DNA from: an uncultured Armatimonadia bacterium | GTDB taxonomy: Bacteria; Armatimonadota; Zipacnadia; UBA1398; CAZMGT01 | Assembly (NCBI GenBank): GCA_964565895.1 | Contig: CAZMGT010000002.1 | Location: forward strand, 78,510-142,509 | Length of the DNA stretch: 64,000 nt | Direction of reading: 5' to 3' | Shown here: positions 18,267 to 28,020 of the stretch, in pieces | Layout of the letters: the number at the start of each line of letters is the position of its first letter | How positions within the stretch are numbered: the stretch's first letter is position 1 | Notes under the pieces: model-generated | What the model was told of the DNA's origin: nothing | The model's input: only the letters and a program-made list of their open reading frames with translations | The model's database searches: none | Translations under genes and position numbers: made by a program

Positions 18267-20093
18267 TTGGTTAGCCTTCCCGAGGGACTGCTCGCTACAG
18301 TTCAGCGTCCGGCGCGTTATCTCGGCGGCGAGCTCAACGCCGTGCGCAAGGACCTCTCTCGCGTCCGCTTAACGTTTGCCCTGTGCTTTCCCGACGTCTA
18401 CGAAGTGGGCATGTCGCACGTCGGCCTGCGCATCTTGTATCACGTGCTTAACTCGCGCCCGGAGATCGCCGCGGAGCGTGTGTTCATGCCCTGGGTCGAC
18501 TTCGAGCAGCTTTTGCGCAAAACAGCCACGCCGCTGTTTAGCCTGGAAAACAAGCTCCCCCTGCGCAGTTTCGACATCGTCGGCTTCTCGCTGCAATACG
18601 AGCTGACCTATACCAACGTCCTGGCCATGCTCGAGCTGGGGGGCGTCCCCGTGCTCGCCGCCGAGCGGGGGAAGGACGACCCGCTCGTTATCGCCGGCGG
18701 GCCCTGTGCGACAAACCCCGAGCCGCTCGCTCCGTTTCTCGACGCCGTCGTCCTCGGCGACGGCGAGGAGGTTGCCCTAGACCTCGCCCAAGCGACGATC
18801 GAGGGCCGCGAGCGAGGCCTGCCCCGGCGCGACCTGCTCCGCCGGCTGGCGGACATCCCCGGCGTCTACGTCCCCTCGCTCTACCGCGCGCACTACGACG
18901 GCTCCCGCTTTGCCGGCGTAGAGCCGCTGGACGGTGCGCCGCAGCGCGTCGTGCGCCGCATTGTCCTGGACCTCGACGCCGCCCCGTTTCCCTCTGCCCC
19001 CGTGGTCCCGTTCGTGGAGACGATCCACGACCGCGTGGCCCTAGAGATCGCTCGGGGATGCACCCAGGGGTGCCGCTTTTGCCACGCTGGGGCGACGTAT
19101 CGGCCGGTGCGCGAGCGCTCGCGGGGCGTTCTGCGCAGGCTGGCGCGCGAGAGCGTGGACAGCACGGGCTACGACGAAATATCGCTGCTTTCCCTGTCCA
19201 CCACGGACTATAGCGAGATCGAAGCCCTGTGCGACGACCTGCTTGAGGAGTTCTCCGGCGAGCAGGTAAGCATCTCCCTTCCCTCGCTGCGCGTGGATGC
19301 GTTTTCCGTAGGGCTGTGCGAGCGGGTGAGCCGGGTGCGCCGCTCGGGAATTACCCTCGCCGCGGAGGCCGGCACGCAGCGCCTGCGCGACGTGATCAAC
19401 AAGCGGGTGACCGATGATGACATCGAGCGCGCGGCGTGCGCCGCGTTTGACGCGGGCTATCAGCAAATTAAGCTTTACTTCATGATCGGCCTGCCCACGG
19501 AGCGCGAGGAGGACGTTCTGGGGATCGCTGAAACTGTGCGGCGCATTGTGCGTCTGGGGAGGGAAAGGGGCGCGGGGCGGCGCGGCGTAATAGCAAATGT
19601 AAGCGTGGCCTCGTTTGTGCCCAAGCCGCACACGCCGTTTCAGTGGGAGGCCCAGCTTCCCCCGGAGGAGCTCGAGCGGCGGCAGCGGCTAGTTATTGAC
19701 AACCTGCGCACGCGCGCCGTTAAGCTGAGCTGGCACGACGTTCAGCAGAGCCGCCTGGAGGCGATCTTCGCCCGCGGCGACCGCCGCCTAGCCCAGGTTT
19801 TGCTTGAGGCGCGGCGCTTGGGCCTGCGCCTCGACGGCTGGACGGACCTGTTTAACCCCGGCGCGTGGGAGGAGGCGTTCGCCCGCGCCGGGGTGGCGCC
19901 CGAGGAGTACCTCGGCGAACGCGAGGAAGACCAACCGCTCCCCTGGGACCATCTGTCCTGCGGGGTGAGCAAAGATTTTCTGCTGCGCGAGCGCCGCCGC
20001 GCGCTGGCCGGCGAGCCCACGCCGGACTGCCGCCGCGGCCCTTGCGTGGCCTGTGGTGTGGATTGTGAGCATCTGCGTAGAGCTGATCTTTGA
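18267..20093 (+). CDS. TIGR03960-family B12-binding-domain radical SAM protein
   Basis: The N-terminus LLATVQRPARYLGGELN is typical of the family. The Cys cluster CTQGCRFCHAG forms the radical SAM site. It uses a TTG start. This gene is the conserved partner of the next one. Confidence 0.65.
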   Translation: MVSLPEGLLATVQRPARYLGGELNAVRKDLSRVRLTFALCFPDVYEVGMSHVGLRILYHVLNSRPEIAAERVFMPWVDFEQLLRKTATPLFSLENKLPLRSFDIVGFSLQYELTYTNVLAMLELGGVPVLAAERGKDDPLVIAGGPCATNPEPLAPFLDAVVLGDGEEVALDLAQATIEGRERGLPRRDLLRRLADIPGVYVPSLYRAHYDGSRFAGVEPLDGAPQRVVRRIVLDLDAAPFPSAPVVPFVETIHDRVALEIARGCTQGCRFCHAGATYRPVRERSRGVLRRLARESVDSTGYDEISLLSLSTTDYSEIEALCDDLLEEFSGEQVSISLPSLRVDAFSVGLCERVSRVRRSGITLAAEAGTQRLRDVINKRVTDDDIERAACAAFDAGYQQIKLYFMIGLPTEREEDVLGIAETVRRIVRLGRERGAGRRGVIANVSVASFVPKPHTPFQWEAQLPPEELERRQRLVIDNLRTRAVKLSWHDVQQSRLEAIFARGDRRLAQVLLEARRLGLRLDGWTDLFNPGAWEEAFARAGVAPEEYLGEREEDQPLPWDHLSCGVSKDFLLRERRRALAGEPTPDCRRGPCVACGVDCEHLRRADL

Positions 20094-20709
20094 GAAGGGG
20101 AACGAGGTCCGCTTCCTCTCCCACCTCGACGTGGCCCGGGCGATGGAGCGCGCGGTGCGGCGGGCCAAGCTCCCTGTGGCCTACTCCCGCGGCTATAACC
20201 CGCGGCCCAAGCTGGCCTTCGCCTCGCCCCTCCCCCTCGGCGTGTGCGGCTCGGCGGAGCGGGCCGCCCTTGCCCTTTCCCGCCCCATGGCCGCGCGCGA
20301 GGTGTTCGCCGCGCTCGCCCCGTGCATGCCCCCGGGCCTGCGGCTGAAAGACGTCGTCGCTCTGCCCAACGGCCGCAAGCCGGCCTATCACCTGCTCGAC
20401 CGCGCGGACTACGTAGTCTCCTTTCCCGCTCCGCTCGACCCCCCATTGGGCCAGCGCGTGGCCGAGCTTCTCGCGCGCCCCACGCTGCCCGTCGCCCGGC
20501 GCAAGGGGCAGGGGTGGAAGACGGTGGACATCCGCCGGTACATCATTAGCGCTCGCGCGACAAGCGATACCGAACTCGAGCTAACCCTGGCCTGCGGCCC
20601 AGGGGGACACGCGAGCCCGATTGAGGTGCTCAGGGCCCTCGAGGCATATAGCGACGACCAGCCCATGCCCCGCATCGTGCGCACGAGGCTCTACCGCAGG
20701 GCGGGCTAA
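20053..20709 (+). CDS. TIGR03936 / DUF2344-family protein
   Basis: The hallmark IFEKGNEVRFLSHLDVARAMERAVRRAKLPVAYSRGYNPRPKLAFASPLPLG is present. It overlaps the 3' end of the radical SAM gene. The exact start is uncertain. Confidence 0.55.
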   Translation: MVWIVSICVELIFEKGNEVRFLSHLDVARAMERAVRRAKLPVAYSRGYNPRPKLAFASPLPLGVCGSAERAALALSRPMAAREVFAALAPCMPPGLRLKDVVALPNGRKPAYHLLDRADYVVSFPAPLDPPLGQRVAELLARPTLPVARRKGQGWKTVDIRRYIISARATSDTELELTLACGPGGHASPIEVLRALEAYSDDQPMPRIVRTRLYRRAG

Positions 20710-20738
20710 GCGAGCGCCGTGGGAAAGGAGGTGAGCAC

Positions 20739-22439
20739 ATGAAGCGCCACATTTACATTTCCGCGGACACCCGCGAGACGCGCCTGGCCATCGTCGAGGA
20801 CGGGCGGCTTGTGGAGGTTAAGGTCCAGCGCGAGGCGGAGAAGGTGGGGAGCATTTATAAAGGCGTAGTGCGCAAGGTGCTGAGCGGAATGGACTGCGCG
20901 TTTGTGGACATTGGCCTTGAGCGCAACGCGTTTATGCACGTCTCCGACCTCGTCGCCGACGAGCGGGTAATTCGCGGCCGCCGGGGCGCGCGACGGCGCG
21001 GGGCGCGCAAATACCCGCGCATCGAAAAGGTCGTCAAAGAGGGCGACCAGCTTCTCGTCCAGGTCTATCGCGCGCCGATCGGCGAGAAGGGCGCGCGCGC
21101 GACGACGCGCATCTCGCTGCCCGGGCGCTATGTTGTTCTGCTTCCCGTGGGGGCGAACTATGTTGGCGTTTCGCGCAAGATTCTGGACGAGAACGAGCGG
21201 CGGCGCTTGCGCGAGCTGGGCCGCGCCCATCGTCCCCGCGGCCAGGGCCTGATTATCCGCACCGAAGGCGAGGGGTGCACCGAGGAGGAGATCGCCGAGG
21301 ACGTCGAGGCGCTGAAGAAAACGTGGCGCAAAATTCGCGCTGCGTTCCGCTCGAAAAAAGCTCCCGCGCTGCTCCATGAGGAGCTCGAGCTCGTCCCCAG
21401 GGTCATCCGCGACATGTACAGCGACGACGTCGTGTCCATCGTCAGCGATTCCAAGCGCGAGTACGACCAGGCGATAAACGCCCTGCGCGCGATTGACGAG
21501 AAGGCCGTGCGCAAGGTCAAGCTTTACCGCGGGCGGCAGCCGCTGTTTGACAAATATGGCATCGAGGAAGAGATCGCCCGGGCGCTGTCGCACAAAATTT
21601 GGCTGCCCAAGGGGGGCAATATCACCATCGACGAGACGGAAGCCGTGGTGGCCATCGACGTTAACACGGCGCGGTTTGTCGGAGGCAGGGGCGGCCTGGA
21701 GCAAACGATTTTGGAGACAAACCTTGCCGCCGTGGAGGAGATCGGCCGCCAGCTCCGCCTGCAGGACCTGGGCGGGATCATTATCCTCGACCTAATCGAC
21801 ATGTACAACCCCGAGCACCGCAAGCAGGTGATGGCCGCGCTCGAGGAGGTGCTCCGGCGCGACCGCGCGCGCACCCGCGTGGTGCATCTCTCGCCCCTTG
21901 GCCTGGTGGAGATGACGCGCAAGCGCACGGGGCAGTCGCTGTTTGAGTCCTCCTCGGAGACATGCCCCCTGTGCGGTGGCCGGGGAAGGGTGCTCTCCGC
22001 GGCGGCGCGCGCGGCGATCGTCGAGCGCGCCCTGCGCCGCCGGGTAATGAGCGAGCGCGAAGAGGCCTATGTCGTGCGCGTCCCGCTCGACGTCGCCGTG
22101 GAGCTTGTCGGCCCCGACGGCCACGCCGCGGAGGCCCTCGAGGAGCACCTGCGCGTGGCGCTGTTTATCCGCGGCGTAGACAGGCTCGGTCCGGCGGAGT
22201 TCGACATCGAGGGCGGCTCGCTCGCCGCGTTGGAGGAGCAATATTTCCCGTTCCGCAAGGGGCAGATGTATCACGTGCGCCCGCGCGAATACGAGTTCGC
22301 CACGGGAACGACGTGGCTCGCCAACGTCGAGGGCTACATTATCGAGGTCGAGGACGGCTTCGGCCCCGAGGGCGAGCTATGCACCGTTGAGCTGACGGAG
22401 GTCCAGCGCTCGTTCGCCAAGGCCGTGGCCGTCGAATAG
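20739..22439 (+). CDS. rng: ribonuclease G/E family endoribonuclease
   Basis: An S1 domain is followed by the RNase E/G catalytic core (GIYKGVVRKVLSGMDCAFVDIG...GGIIILDLIDM) and a C-terminal CPLCGGRG zinc-link. Confidence 0.7.
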   Translation: MKRHIYISADTRETRLAIVEDGRLVEVKVQREAEKVGSIYKGVVRKVLSGMDCAFVDIGLERNAFMHVSDLVADERVIRGRRGARRRGARKYPRIEKVVKEGDQLLVQVYRAPIGEKGARATTRISLPGRYVVLLPVGANYVGVSRKILDENERRRLRELGRAHRPRGQGLIIRTEGEGCTEEEIAEDVEALKKTWRKIRAAFRSKKAPALLHEELELVPRVIRDMYSDDVVSIVSDSKREYDQAINALRAIDEKAVRKVKLYRGRQPLFDKYGIEEEIARALSHKIWLPKGGNITIDETEAVVAIDVNTARFVGGRGGLEQTILETNLAAVEEIGRQLRLQDLGGIIILDLIDMYNPEHRKQVMAALEEVLRRDRARTRVVHLSPLGLVEMTRKRTGQSLFESSSETCPLCGGRGRVLSAAARAAIVERALRRRVMSEREEAYVVRVPLDVAVELVGPDGHAAEALEEHLRVALFIRGVDRLGPAEFDIEGGSLAALEEQYFPFRKGQMYHVRPREYEFATGTTWLANVEGYIIEVEDGFGPEGELCTVELTEVQRSFAKAVAVE

Positions 22440-22448
22440 CGCGGGCGC

Positions 22449-23321
22449 CTAAAGGTCCCGGCGCTTAAGCACCGCGCTGGCCAGGGCCAGGGCGACGGCG
22501 GCGTGCGCCAGGCCGAGGTAGATGCTGTCTACCGTTGTCGGGTCCACCGGGTCGCCGAAGAGCAGGGCCTTGGCCAGCTCGTGCGTGTGCTGATAGTGGG
22601 GCATGAGCCAGTAGGCCAGTTTCCCCGCCGCGGCCAGCCCAGGCGGCCCGGGCGCCTCGCGCTGGGCGATATCTTGCAGGAATTTCATTACGGCAACAGA
22701 CTTCCACCCCGCGGCGGTGTGCAGCAAGGCAAGGGGCACCGCGGCGATGGGGTTAACCAGCGTAGAAAAACACGTCGCCCACGCGGCCACGGCGACAAGC
22801 GCCGCGCAAACGGCCGCCGCGGCATAAAACACCCGCCAGTGGCTCTCGCCAAGCAGGGCCAGGCCCAGGAGCCAGATCCCCACGGCCAGCGCGGCAACGA
22901 CAACGAGCGTTACCCCAAGCGCGCTGAGAAAGCTTCCCAAGACAATGGCGCTGCGCCGAATGGGGCGCGAGGCGATGGTCTGCGTTGTGGGGCGGCGCGT
23001 CTCATTAAACAGCGCTGAAAGAACCACCGCGCAAACCACGCCCGCGGGAACGAGCAGGTAAATAAAACATACGTCGCGCGCGGTGACCGACATTACCTCG
23101 CGATATTCCTCCTCGTCCAGCTCCTCCTGAACCTTAACGGCGACGCCCGGCTGGCGGCTGTCTGCGAACTGCTCCGCTTGAATCATCCACTCCCGCGGGA
23201 TAGAGCGCACCACACCCCCTAGCGCGAACACGGCGAGCAGCCCAAACCCCAACAGCACATATAGCGCCCAACTGCGCAGGGCCAAACCTACGGCATTCGC
23301 TGCGATAACCAGGGCCTTCAC
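22449..23321 (-). CDS. ABC-2-type transporter permease
   Basis: It is a six-TM hydrophobic protein. It lies downstream of, and overlaps by 4 nt, the ATPase gene. Confidence 0.55.
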   Translation of the reverse strand: MKALVIAANAVGLALRSWALYVLLGFGLLAVFALGGVVRSIPREWMIQAEQFADSRQPGVAVKVQEELDEEEYREVMSVTARDVCFIYLLVPAGVVCAVVLSALFNETRRPTTQTIASRPIRRSAIVLGSFLSALGVTLVVVAALAVGIWLLGLALLGESHWRVFYAAAAVCAALVAVAAWATCFSTLVNPIAAVPLALLHTAAGWKSVAVMKFLQDIAQREAPGPPGLAAAGKLAYWLMPHYQHTHELAKALLFGDPVDPTTVDSIYLGLAHAAVALALASAVLKRRDL

Positions 23322-24316
23322 CTGCGCTCCGCTCCTCCCGCGGGACGCGCGCCGCCCGCGCCCTCGCCCCCGAGCACGGCGTCGAAAAATACCTCCTCCA
23401 GGCTCGACTGGGCCATTGCCAAATAGCGCAGTCGCGCCCCGCAGCGCTCCACGATGCCCGGGATGGGGTCGAGGTCCGACTCGCCGTCTATCTCCCCCAC
23501 AATATACCGCCCGACCACCCGCACATCGCGGGCCACCTCGCCCAGCGCGCGCAGCAGCTCGTCGCTAATCTGCGTGACACCGATGTGCACGTAGCGCCGC
23601 ATTCGGGTAAGCTCCGCGATCTCGCCCTCGCGCACGACCTTCCCCCGGTCGATGATCGCCACGCGGTCGCAGGTCATCTCGATCTCGGAGAGCATGTGCG
23701 AGTTTAGGAAAACGGTCGTCCCGCGCGCCTTTAGGTCAAGCAAAAGCTGTTTGATGTCGCGCCGGCCCACGGGGTCGAGGTTTGCCGTGGGCTCGTCGAG
23801 GAGCACCAGGCGCGGGTCGCCGACGAGCGCCGCGGCGATCCCCAGCCGCTGAAGCATGCCCTTTGACAGCTCGCGCACTTGGCGAAAGGCAACCGCGGCG
23901 AGCCCGACGGCTTCGATCAGCTCATCGGCGTGCGCCCGGCGCCTGCTCCGCGCGACGCCGTGCAGCGCGGCGTGGAACATAAGCACCTGGCGCACGGAAA
24001 GCGACCCGTGATATGCGGGCGTCTCGGAGAGATAGCCCACGGGCTGGCGCGCCTCGACCTTCGTGCAGGAAACGCCAAACAGCCGCGCCTCGCCCTCAAA
24101 CCGCGGGATTAGCCCGAGGAGGACCTTAATCGTCGTTGTCTTTCCCGCGCCGTTGCGCCCGAGAAAGCCGAAGATCTGCGCCTGGGGGACGGTTAGGCTA
24201 ACGCCGTCGACGGCGACCACCGGCCCGCCGCGCCCGCGATAAACCTTGCGCAGGCCGCAAATCTCGATCGCCGGGGGCTCGCCCGCGGGCACGTTGTCTG
24301 CCCTAGCTGGGGACAT
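23318..24316 (-). CDS. ABC transporter ATP-binding protein (ABC-2 / exporter type)
   Basis: Walker A is GRNGAGKTT, the signature is LSKGMLQRLGIAAAL, and Walker B is VLLDEPTANLD. Confidence 0.7.
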   Translation of the reverse strand: MSPARADNVPAGEPPAIEICGLRKVYRGRGGPVVAVDGVSLTVPQAQIFGFLGRNGAGKTTTIKVLLGLIPRFEGEARLFGVSCTKVEARQPVGYLSETPAYHGSLSVRQVLMFHAALHGVARSRRRAHADELIEAVGLAAVAFRQVRELSKGMLQRLGIAAALVGDPRLVLLDEPTANLDPVGRRDIKQLLLDLKARGTTVFLNSHMLSEIEMTCDRVAIIDRGKVVREGEIAELTRMRRYVHIGVTQISDELLRALGEVARDVRVVGRYIVGEIDGESDLDPIPGIVERCGARLRYLAMAQSSLEEVFFDAVLGGEGAGGARPAGGAERR

Positions 24317-24461
24317 TCTCCCACACCCGCCGCGTATATTTCACATACTGCCAAGAAGCCCTTTTCGGTTCGCCCCGGCGGCAAAGCGCCTCGCGCGAGC
24401 GCGACGCTGCCCACGCCAACCGGCTCCTGCGAGCAACTGTTGCCCGCTTTGCCGTGCCGCG

Positions 24462-25805
24462 CTAAAGCCACCTCATCACGTCGTCGCTGCACGTCAGCTC
24501 CGCGTGCGCGGAGATGCGGCAGCCCCGAGGAATTTTCAGCCGCGGGTAGACGAGCACATGGTCCTCAAGGTGCACCCCAGCGCGAATGGTCACCTCGTCG
24601 CCCACCGCGGTATAGCCCTCGATATGCGTCCGCGCCCCCTTGCTCGACTGAATCTCGACCATTACCCCGGTAACGCTATCCTCAACCACCGCAAACGGGC
24701 CGACGATCGACCCCTCGCCGATGGACGAGCGGCGAATCGTGGCGTTGGCGTAGATCTCGCACTCGTCGTCGACGTTGCACTCCTCCAGGGTCACGCCCGC
24801 GGCGATCTGGACGTATTTGCCGATGCGCACGCGCGGGCCGATGTGCACCTCGCCGCTTTTCATGCGCTCGGCAAGCGTTTTGCCCGACCAGGGGTCTTTC
24901 GCGTGCAGCGTTTCCGGCTCCACCCACACTTGCCTCTCGGGAAACGTGGGCGGGCCGAGAGTGGCTTGCGCCGAGCGAAACTCCCCACGCAGCACGCGCA
25001 GCATCGTGTCCAAGTAGGCGGGGATATTGCCCAAGTCGCCCACGCGCTCCACGGGAAAAACATAAACCGGCCTGCCCTGGCGCACGAGCCAGGGGAGGAG
25101 GTCGCGGCCGAAGTCTAAGCTCGTCTCGCGCATTTTGCGGATCTCGCGCTCGTGCCCGAGCTCGCGCAGGGCCTTGGAGTCGACGAGGTAAAAGCCGGCG
25201 TTAATAAGCAACCGGTCCGTGCTCGTCTGCTCCTGCAGCTCCACGGCGCGCGCCGGCCCGGGCTTCTCGACAAACTCCACCACCCGCCGCGTCTCGTCGG
25301 CAACGATCACCCCATAGGTGTCCACCACTTGGCTCGCGGGAACCTCTGTCACGCATACGGTGATTATCGCCCCCGTCCGCTCGTGCTGCTTAACGCACGC
25401 CGCGAGGTCGATGTCGATAATCGAATCCATGGGAAAGACAAACGCCGGCTGCTCAATGCGAAAGTGCTCGAGGTTCATGATCGTCGCGTCGGCGCTGCCG
25501 TGGTCCAGCTTGTCAAACCGCGAGTGCGAATAGCGCACGTTAATCCCCAAGTGCTCCCCGTAGCCGATCAGCCGCTTAACCTGATAGCGGTTCTCCTTGC
25601 CCTTGGTCACCATGAGGTAGGTTGTGACGCCCTGCTGCTTGAGCGCGTCGATAATCCAGTTAATCACGCGCTTGCCGAGCAGGCGCACCGCGCCCTTGGA
25701 GCGCAAATATCCCGCCGCCTTTAGGGTCAGCGGGCGCGACCGCCGGCCCACGCCCCCGGAAAGCCCGACACCGATTATCCCCTGCGCCTGGCTAATGTCG
25801 AACAT
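24462..25805 (-). CDS. NDP-sugar pyrophosphorylase (nucleotidyltransferase domain plus C-terminal left-handed beta-helix)
   Basis: The motif is GVGLSGGVGRRSRPLT. C-terminal hexapeptide repeats are present. I moved the start to the internal ATG at 25805 (MFDISQAQG). The 58-codon low-complexity N-terminal extension in the ORF track is rejected. Confidence 0.55.
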   Translation of the reverse strand: MFDISQAQGIIGVGLSGGVGRRSRPLTLKAAGYLRSKGAVRLLGKRVINWIIDALKQQGVTTYLMVTKGKENRYQVKRLIGYGEHLGINVRYSHSRFDKLDHGSADATIMNLEHFRIEQPAFVFPMDSIIDIDLAACVKQHERTGAIITVCVTEVPASQVVDTYGVIVADETRRVVEFVEKPGPARAVELQEQTSTDRLLINAGFYLVDSKALRELGHEREIRKMRETSLDFGRDLLPWLVRQGRPVYVFPVERVGDLGNIPAYLDTMLRVLRGEFRSAQATLGPPTFPERQVWVEPETLHAKDPWSGKTLAERMKSGEVHIGPRVRIGKYVQIAAGVTLEECNVDDECEIYANATIRRSSIGEGSIVGPFAVVEDSVTGVMVEIQSSKGARTHIEGYTAVGDEVTIRAGVHLEDHVLVYPRLKIPRGCRISAHAELTCSDDVMRWL

Positions 25806-26270
25806 GGCTTTCCCTTCAGTCGCGCGCGGTGATGTGGGGGAGCGTATTGTTGATTCTCCGCGCGGCGGCGCCGTCCTGCCGCGCTGGGTTTCGCCCTGGC
25901 CGGCGCGAGAAGGGGACGCTTCCCCCGGGCCTTGGCATTTGCCACGCGCATGTGGCAAAGAAACTTCCTTCCGCCCCAAAATTTCTGGAGGATGTGGAAT
26001 ATCTACGTCAAAGGACTAACTCCCACCGCAGCGGGGGCGCGTGGCACTTTGGCCTAGGCGAGGTGATGTGTGAAGGCCGTCCCGGTGCAGGCACTTGTTT
26101 GAATTGATAACTGTTTTTTTTCCCTGGCGCGATAGCTGAGCGGGAGCCGACGACGGAGCGGCTTTCGCGCTCCGCTAAGATATCACGCGGTATCGCGCCG
26201 TGTCTTGCGGCTCCTCTAGGCGGGTTTGACCGTGAGGCCGACGTGCCGCGCGCTGCGGGGGTGGTTAGAT

Positions 26271-27380
26271 GTGAAAGCCGTTATTATGGCTGGAGGAGCC
26301 GGCACGCGCTTGCTTCCCCTTACCGAAAATTGCCCCAAACCCCTGGTCACGGTAATGGGCACCGCGCTTATCGACCACATCGTGCACCTCCTCCGCGAGC
26401 ACGGTGTGCGAGAGGTCATTCTCACCCTCGGCGCGCACGCCCCGCTGTTGATTAAACATGTCGAGTCGGCGAACTACGGCATCGCCGTGCGCTACGTCGT
26501 GGAAAACGAGCCCCTGGGCACCGCGGGCGGGGTGAAAAACGCCCGCAAGTGGCTCGACGATACGTTCCTCGTCGTCTCCGGCGATGCCCTTACCGACGCC
26601 GACCTCAGCGCTGCCCTGCGCTTCCACGCCGCCCACGAGGGCAAGGTAACCATGCTGCTTAAGCAGGTGGAGAACATCTTTCTTTACGGCATGGTGGTTA
26701 CCGACGGCGAGGGCCGCGTGCGCCAGTTTTTAGAAAAGCCCAAAAGCGAGCGAGAGGTCGTCTCGCGCATCGCAAACACGGGCATGTACGTCATCGACCC
26801 CGACGTGCTCGACCTTATCCCCGACGGAGAGTTTTTCGACTTCGCGCGCAACCTGTTCCCGCTCATGCTCGAGCGGGGCCTGCCTCTTTACGGCAAGCTC
26901 ATCGACCAGTACTGGTGCGACGTGGGCTCGCTGGGCGACTACCTCCGCGCGCACGCCGACGCTCTTGAGGGCAAGGTGCGCCTCCCCCTCGCCTGGCGCA
27001 TGAGCCCCAAGCGCGTCCATGCCGAGGGCGCGCTTGTTGACCCGCGGGCGTTCATTCGCGCGCCGGTATACATCGGCCGCGGGGCGCGCGTGGAGCAAAA
27101 CGTCTCCCTCGGCCCATATGCCGTCGTCGCCCCCGGGGCGGTGCTCCGTCGCGGGTCGTTCGTGTCAGACAGCGTCATTGGCCCGGGAGCGCACGTGGGC
27201 GAGGGGGCAGAGGTGATCCACTCCGTAATCGCCGCGAAAACCCTCGTTCTCCGCCAGTCGCGGGTCGTGGGCGCGGCGGTTAACGGCCTGCGCGTAAAAG
27301 GACTTGTGGGGAACATCACCGAGCCCCTCGCCGTGCCCGAGGCGCGGCGGCGCTGGGCGGGGCGCCCGGGCATCGCCTAA
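26271..27380 (+). CDS. NDP-sugar pyrophosphorylase, mannose-1-phosphate guanylyltransferase-like
   Basis: The textbook core is AVIMAGGAGTRLLPLTENCPKPLV ... EPLGTAGGV ... VVSGDALTD, plus a C-terminal LbH domain. It has a GTG start after a G-rich SD. Confidence 0.65.
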   Translation: MKAVIMAGGAGTRLLPLTENCPKPLVTVMGTALIDHIVHLLREHGVREVILTLGAHAPLLIKHVESANYGIAVRYVVENEPLGTAGGVKNARKWLDDTFLVVSGDALTDADLSAALRFHAAHEGKVTMLLKQVENIFLYGMVVTDGEGRVRQFLEKPKSEREVVSRIANTGMYVIDPDVLDLIPDGEFFDFARNLFPLMLERGLPLYGKLIDQYWCDVGSLGDYLRAHADALEGKVRLPLAWRMSPKRVHAEGALVDPRAFIRAPVYIGRGARVEQNVSLGPYAVVAPGAVLRRGSFVSDSVIGPGAHVGEGAEVIHSVIAAKTLVLRQSRVVGAAVNGLRVKGLVGNITEPLAVPEARRRWAGRPGIA

Positions 27381-27522
27381 CGCGCCGGGCAAAACTTTTC
27401 CGCGGTGCCCTTTTTCCCCTGGGAAAGGCACAGCACGCTTTGCTCGCACGCCGAGGTGCAGGTTAACGCGCTTGTCTCGCCGAAGCGCTTTGTGGCACAC
27501 TGCCCAGCGCTGGTGGTCGAGA

Positions 27523-28020
27523 GTGAGCACAAAGGGCACAGCGGAGAAAGTATTTCGCGAACAGGCGCTTGACGTGTTCCGCCGCTACCTTGCCGAGCGC
27601 GGGCTGAAGTGGACGAAGCAGCGCCAAGCCATCGCCCAAGCGTTCCTCGCCGCGGAACACCACGTCAGCGCCAAAGAGCTGCACCGCACCGTGCGCAACA
27701 CCCTCGGCGGATCGATCGGCCTGGCCACCGTCTACCGCACGCTGCACCTGCTCTGCGAATGCAACGTTGCCCGCGAGCGCGACTTCGGCAGCGGCCGCGT
27801 GCTCTTCGAGCACATGCTCGGCCACGCCAGCCACGACCACATGATCTGCACCACGTGCGGCGAGATCGCCGAGTTTGAAGCCCCCGAGCTCCAGCGGCTG
27901 CTCGCCGACGTCGCCGCGCGCGCCTCGTTCGATCTTGCCAGCCACCAGCTCGTTCTCTTCGGCACCTGCCGCCGCTGCGCACAGCGCTTCGAAAACCACG
28001 GGAGGGCGAAACGCAAATGA
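27523..28020 (+). CDS. fur: Fur-family metal-responsive transcriptional regulator (Fur/Zur/PerR)
   Basis: A winged-helix domain is followed by the metal site HASHDHMICTTCGEI..FGTCRRC (HxxHDH and 2xCxxC). The start is probably the GTG at 27523. The subtype is not resolved. Confidence 0.6.
   Translation: MSTKGTAEKVFREQALDVFRRYLAERGLKWTKQRQAIAQAFLAAEHHVSAKELHRTVRNTLGGSIGLATVYRTLHLLCECNVARERDFGSGRVLFEHMLGHASHDHMICTTCGEIAEFEAPELQRLLADVAARASFDLASHQLVLFGTCRRCAQRFENHGRAKRK

Noticed and set aside
25806-25979. A 58-codon N-terminal extension of the NDP-sugar pyrophosphorylase (MGRKEVSLPHARGKCQGPGEASPSRAGQ...)
   Set aside because: It is a low-complexity Arg/Pro/Gly-rich stretch. The conserved nucleotidyltransferase N-terminus begins at the internal ATG at 25805.
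26096-26125. A T-run (ctgttttttttcc) as a rho-independent terminator
   Set aside because: No convincing GC hairpin lies directly upstream, and no plus-strand gene ends there. It is more likely part of an AT-rich promoter region between divergent genes.
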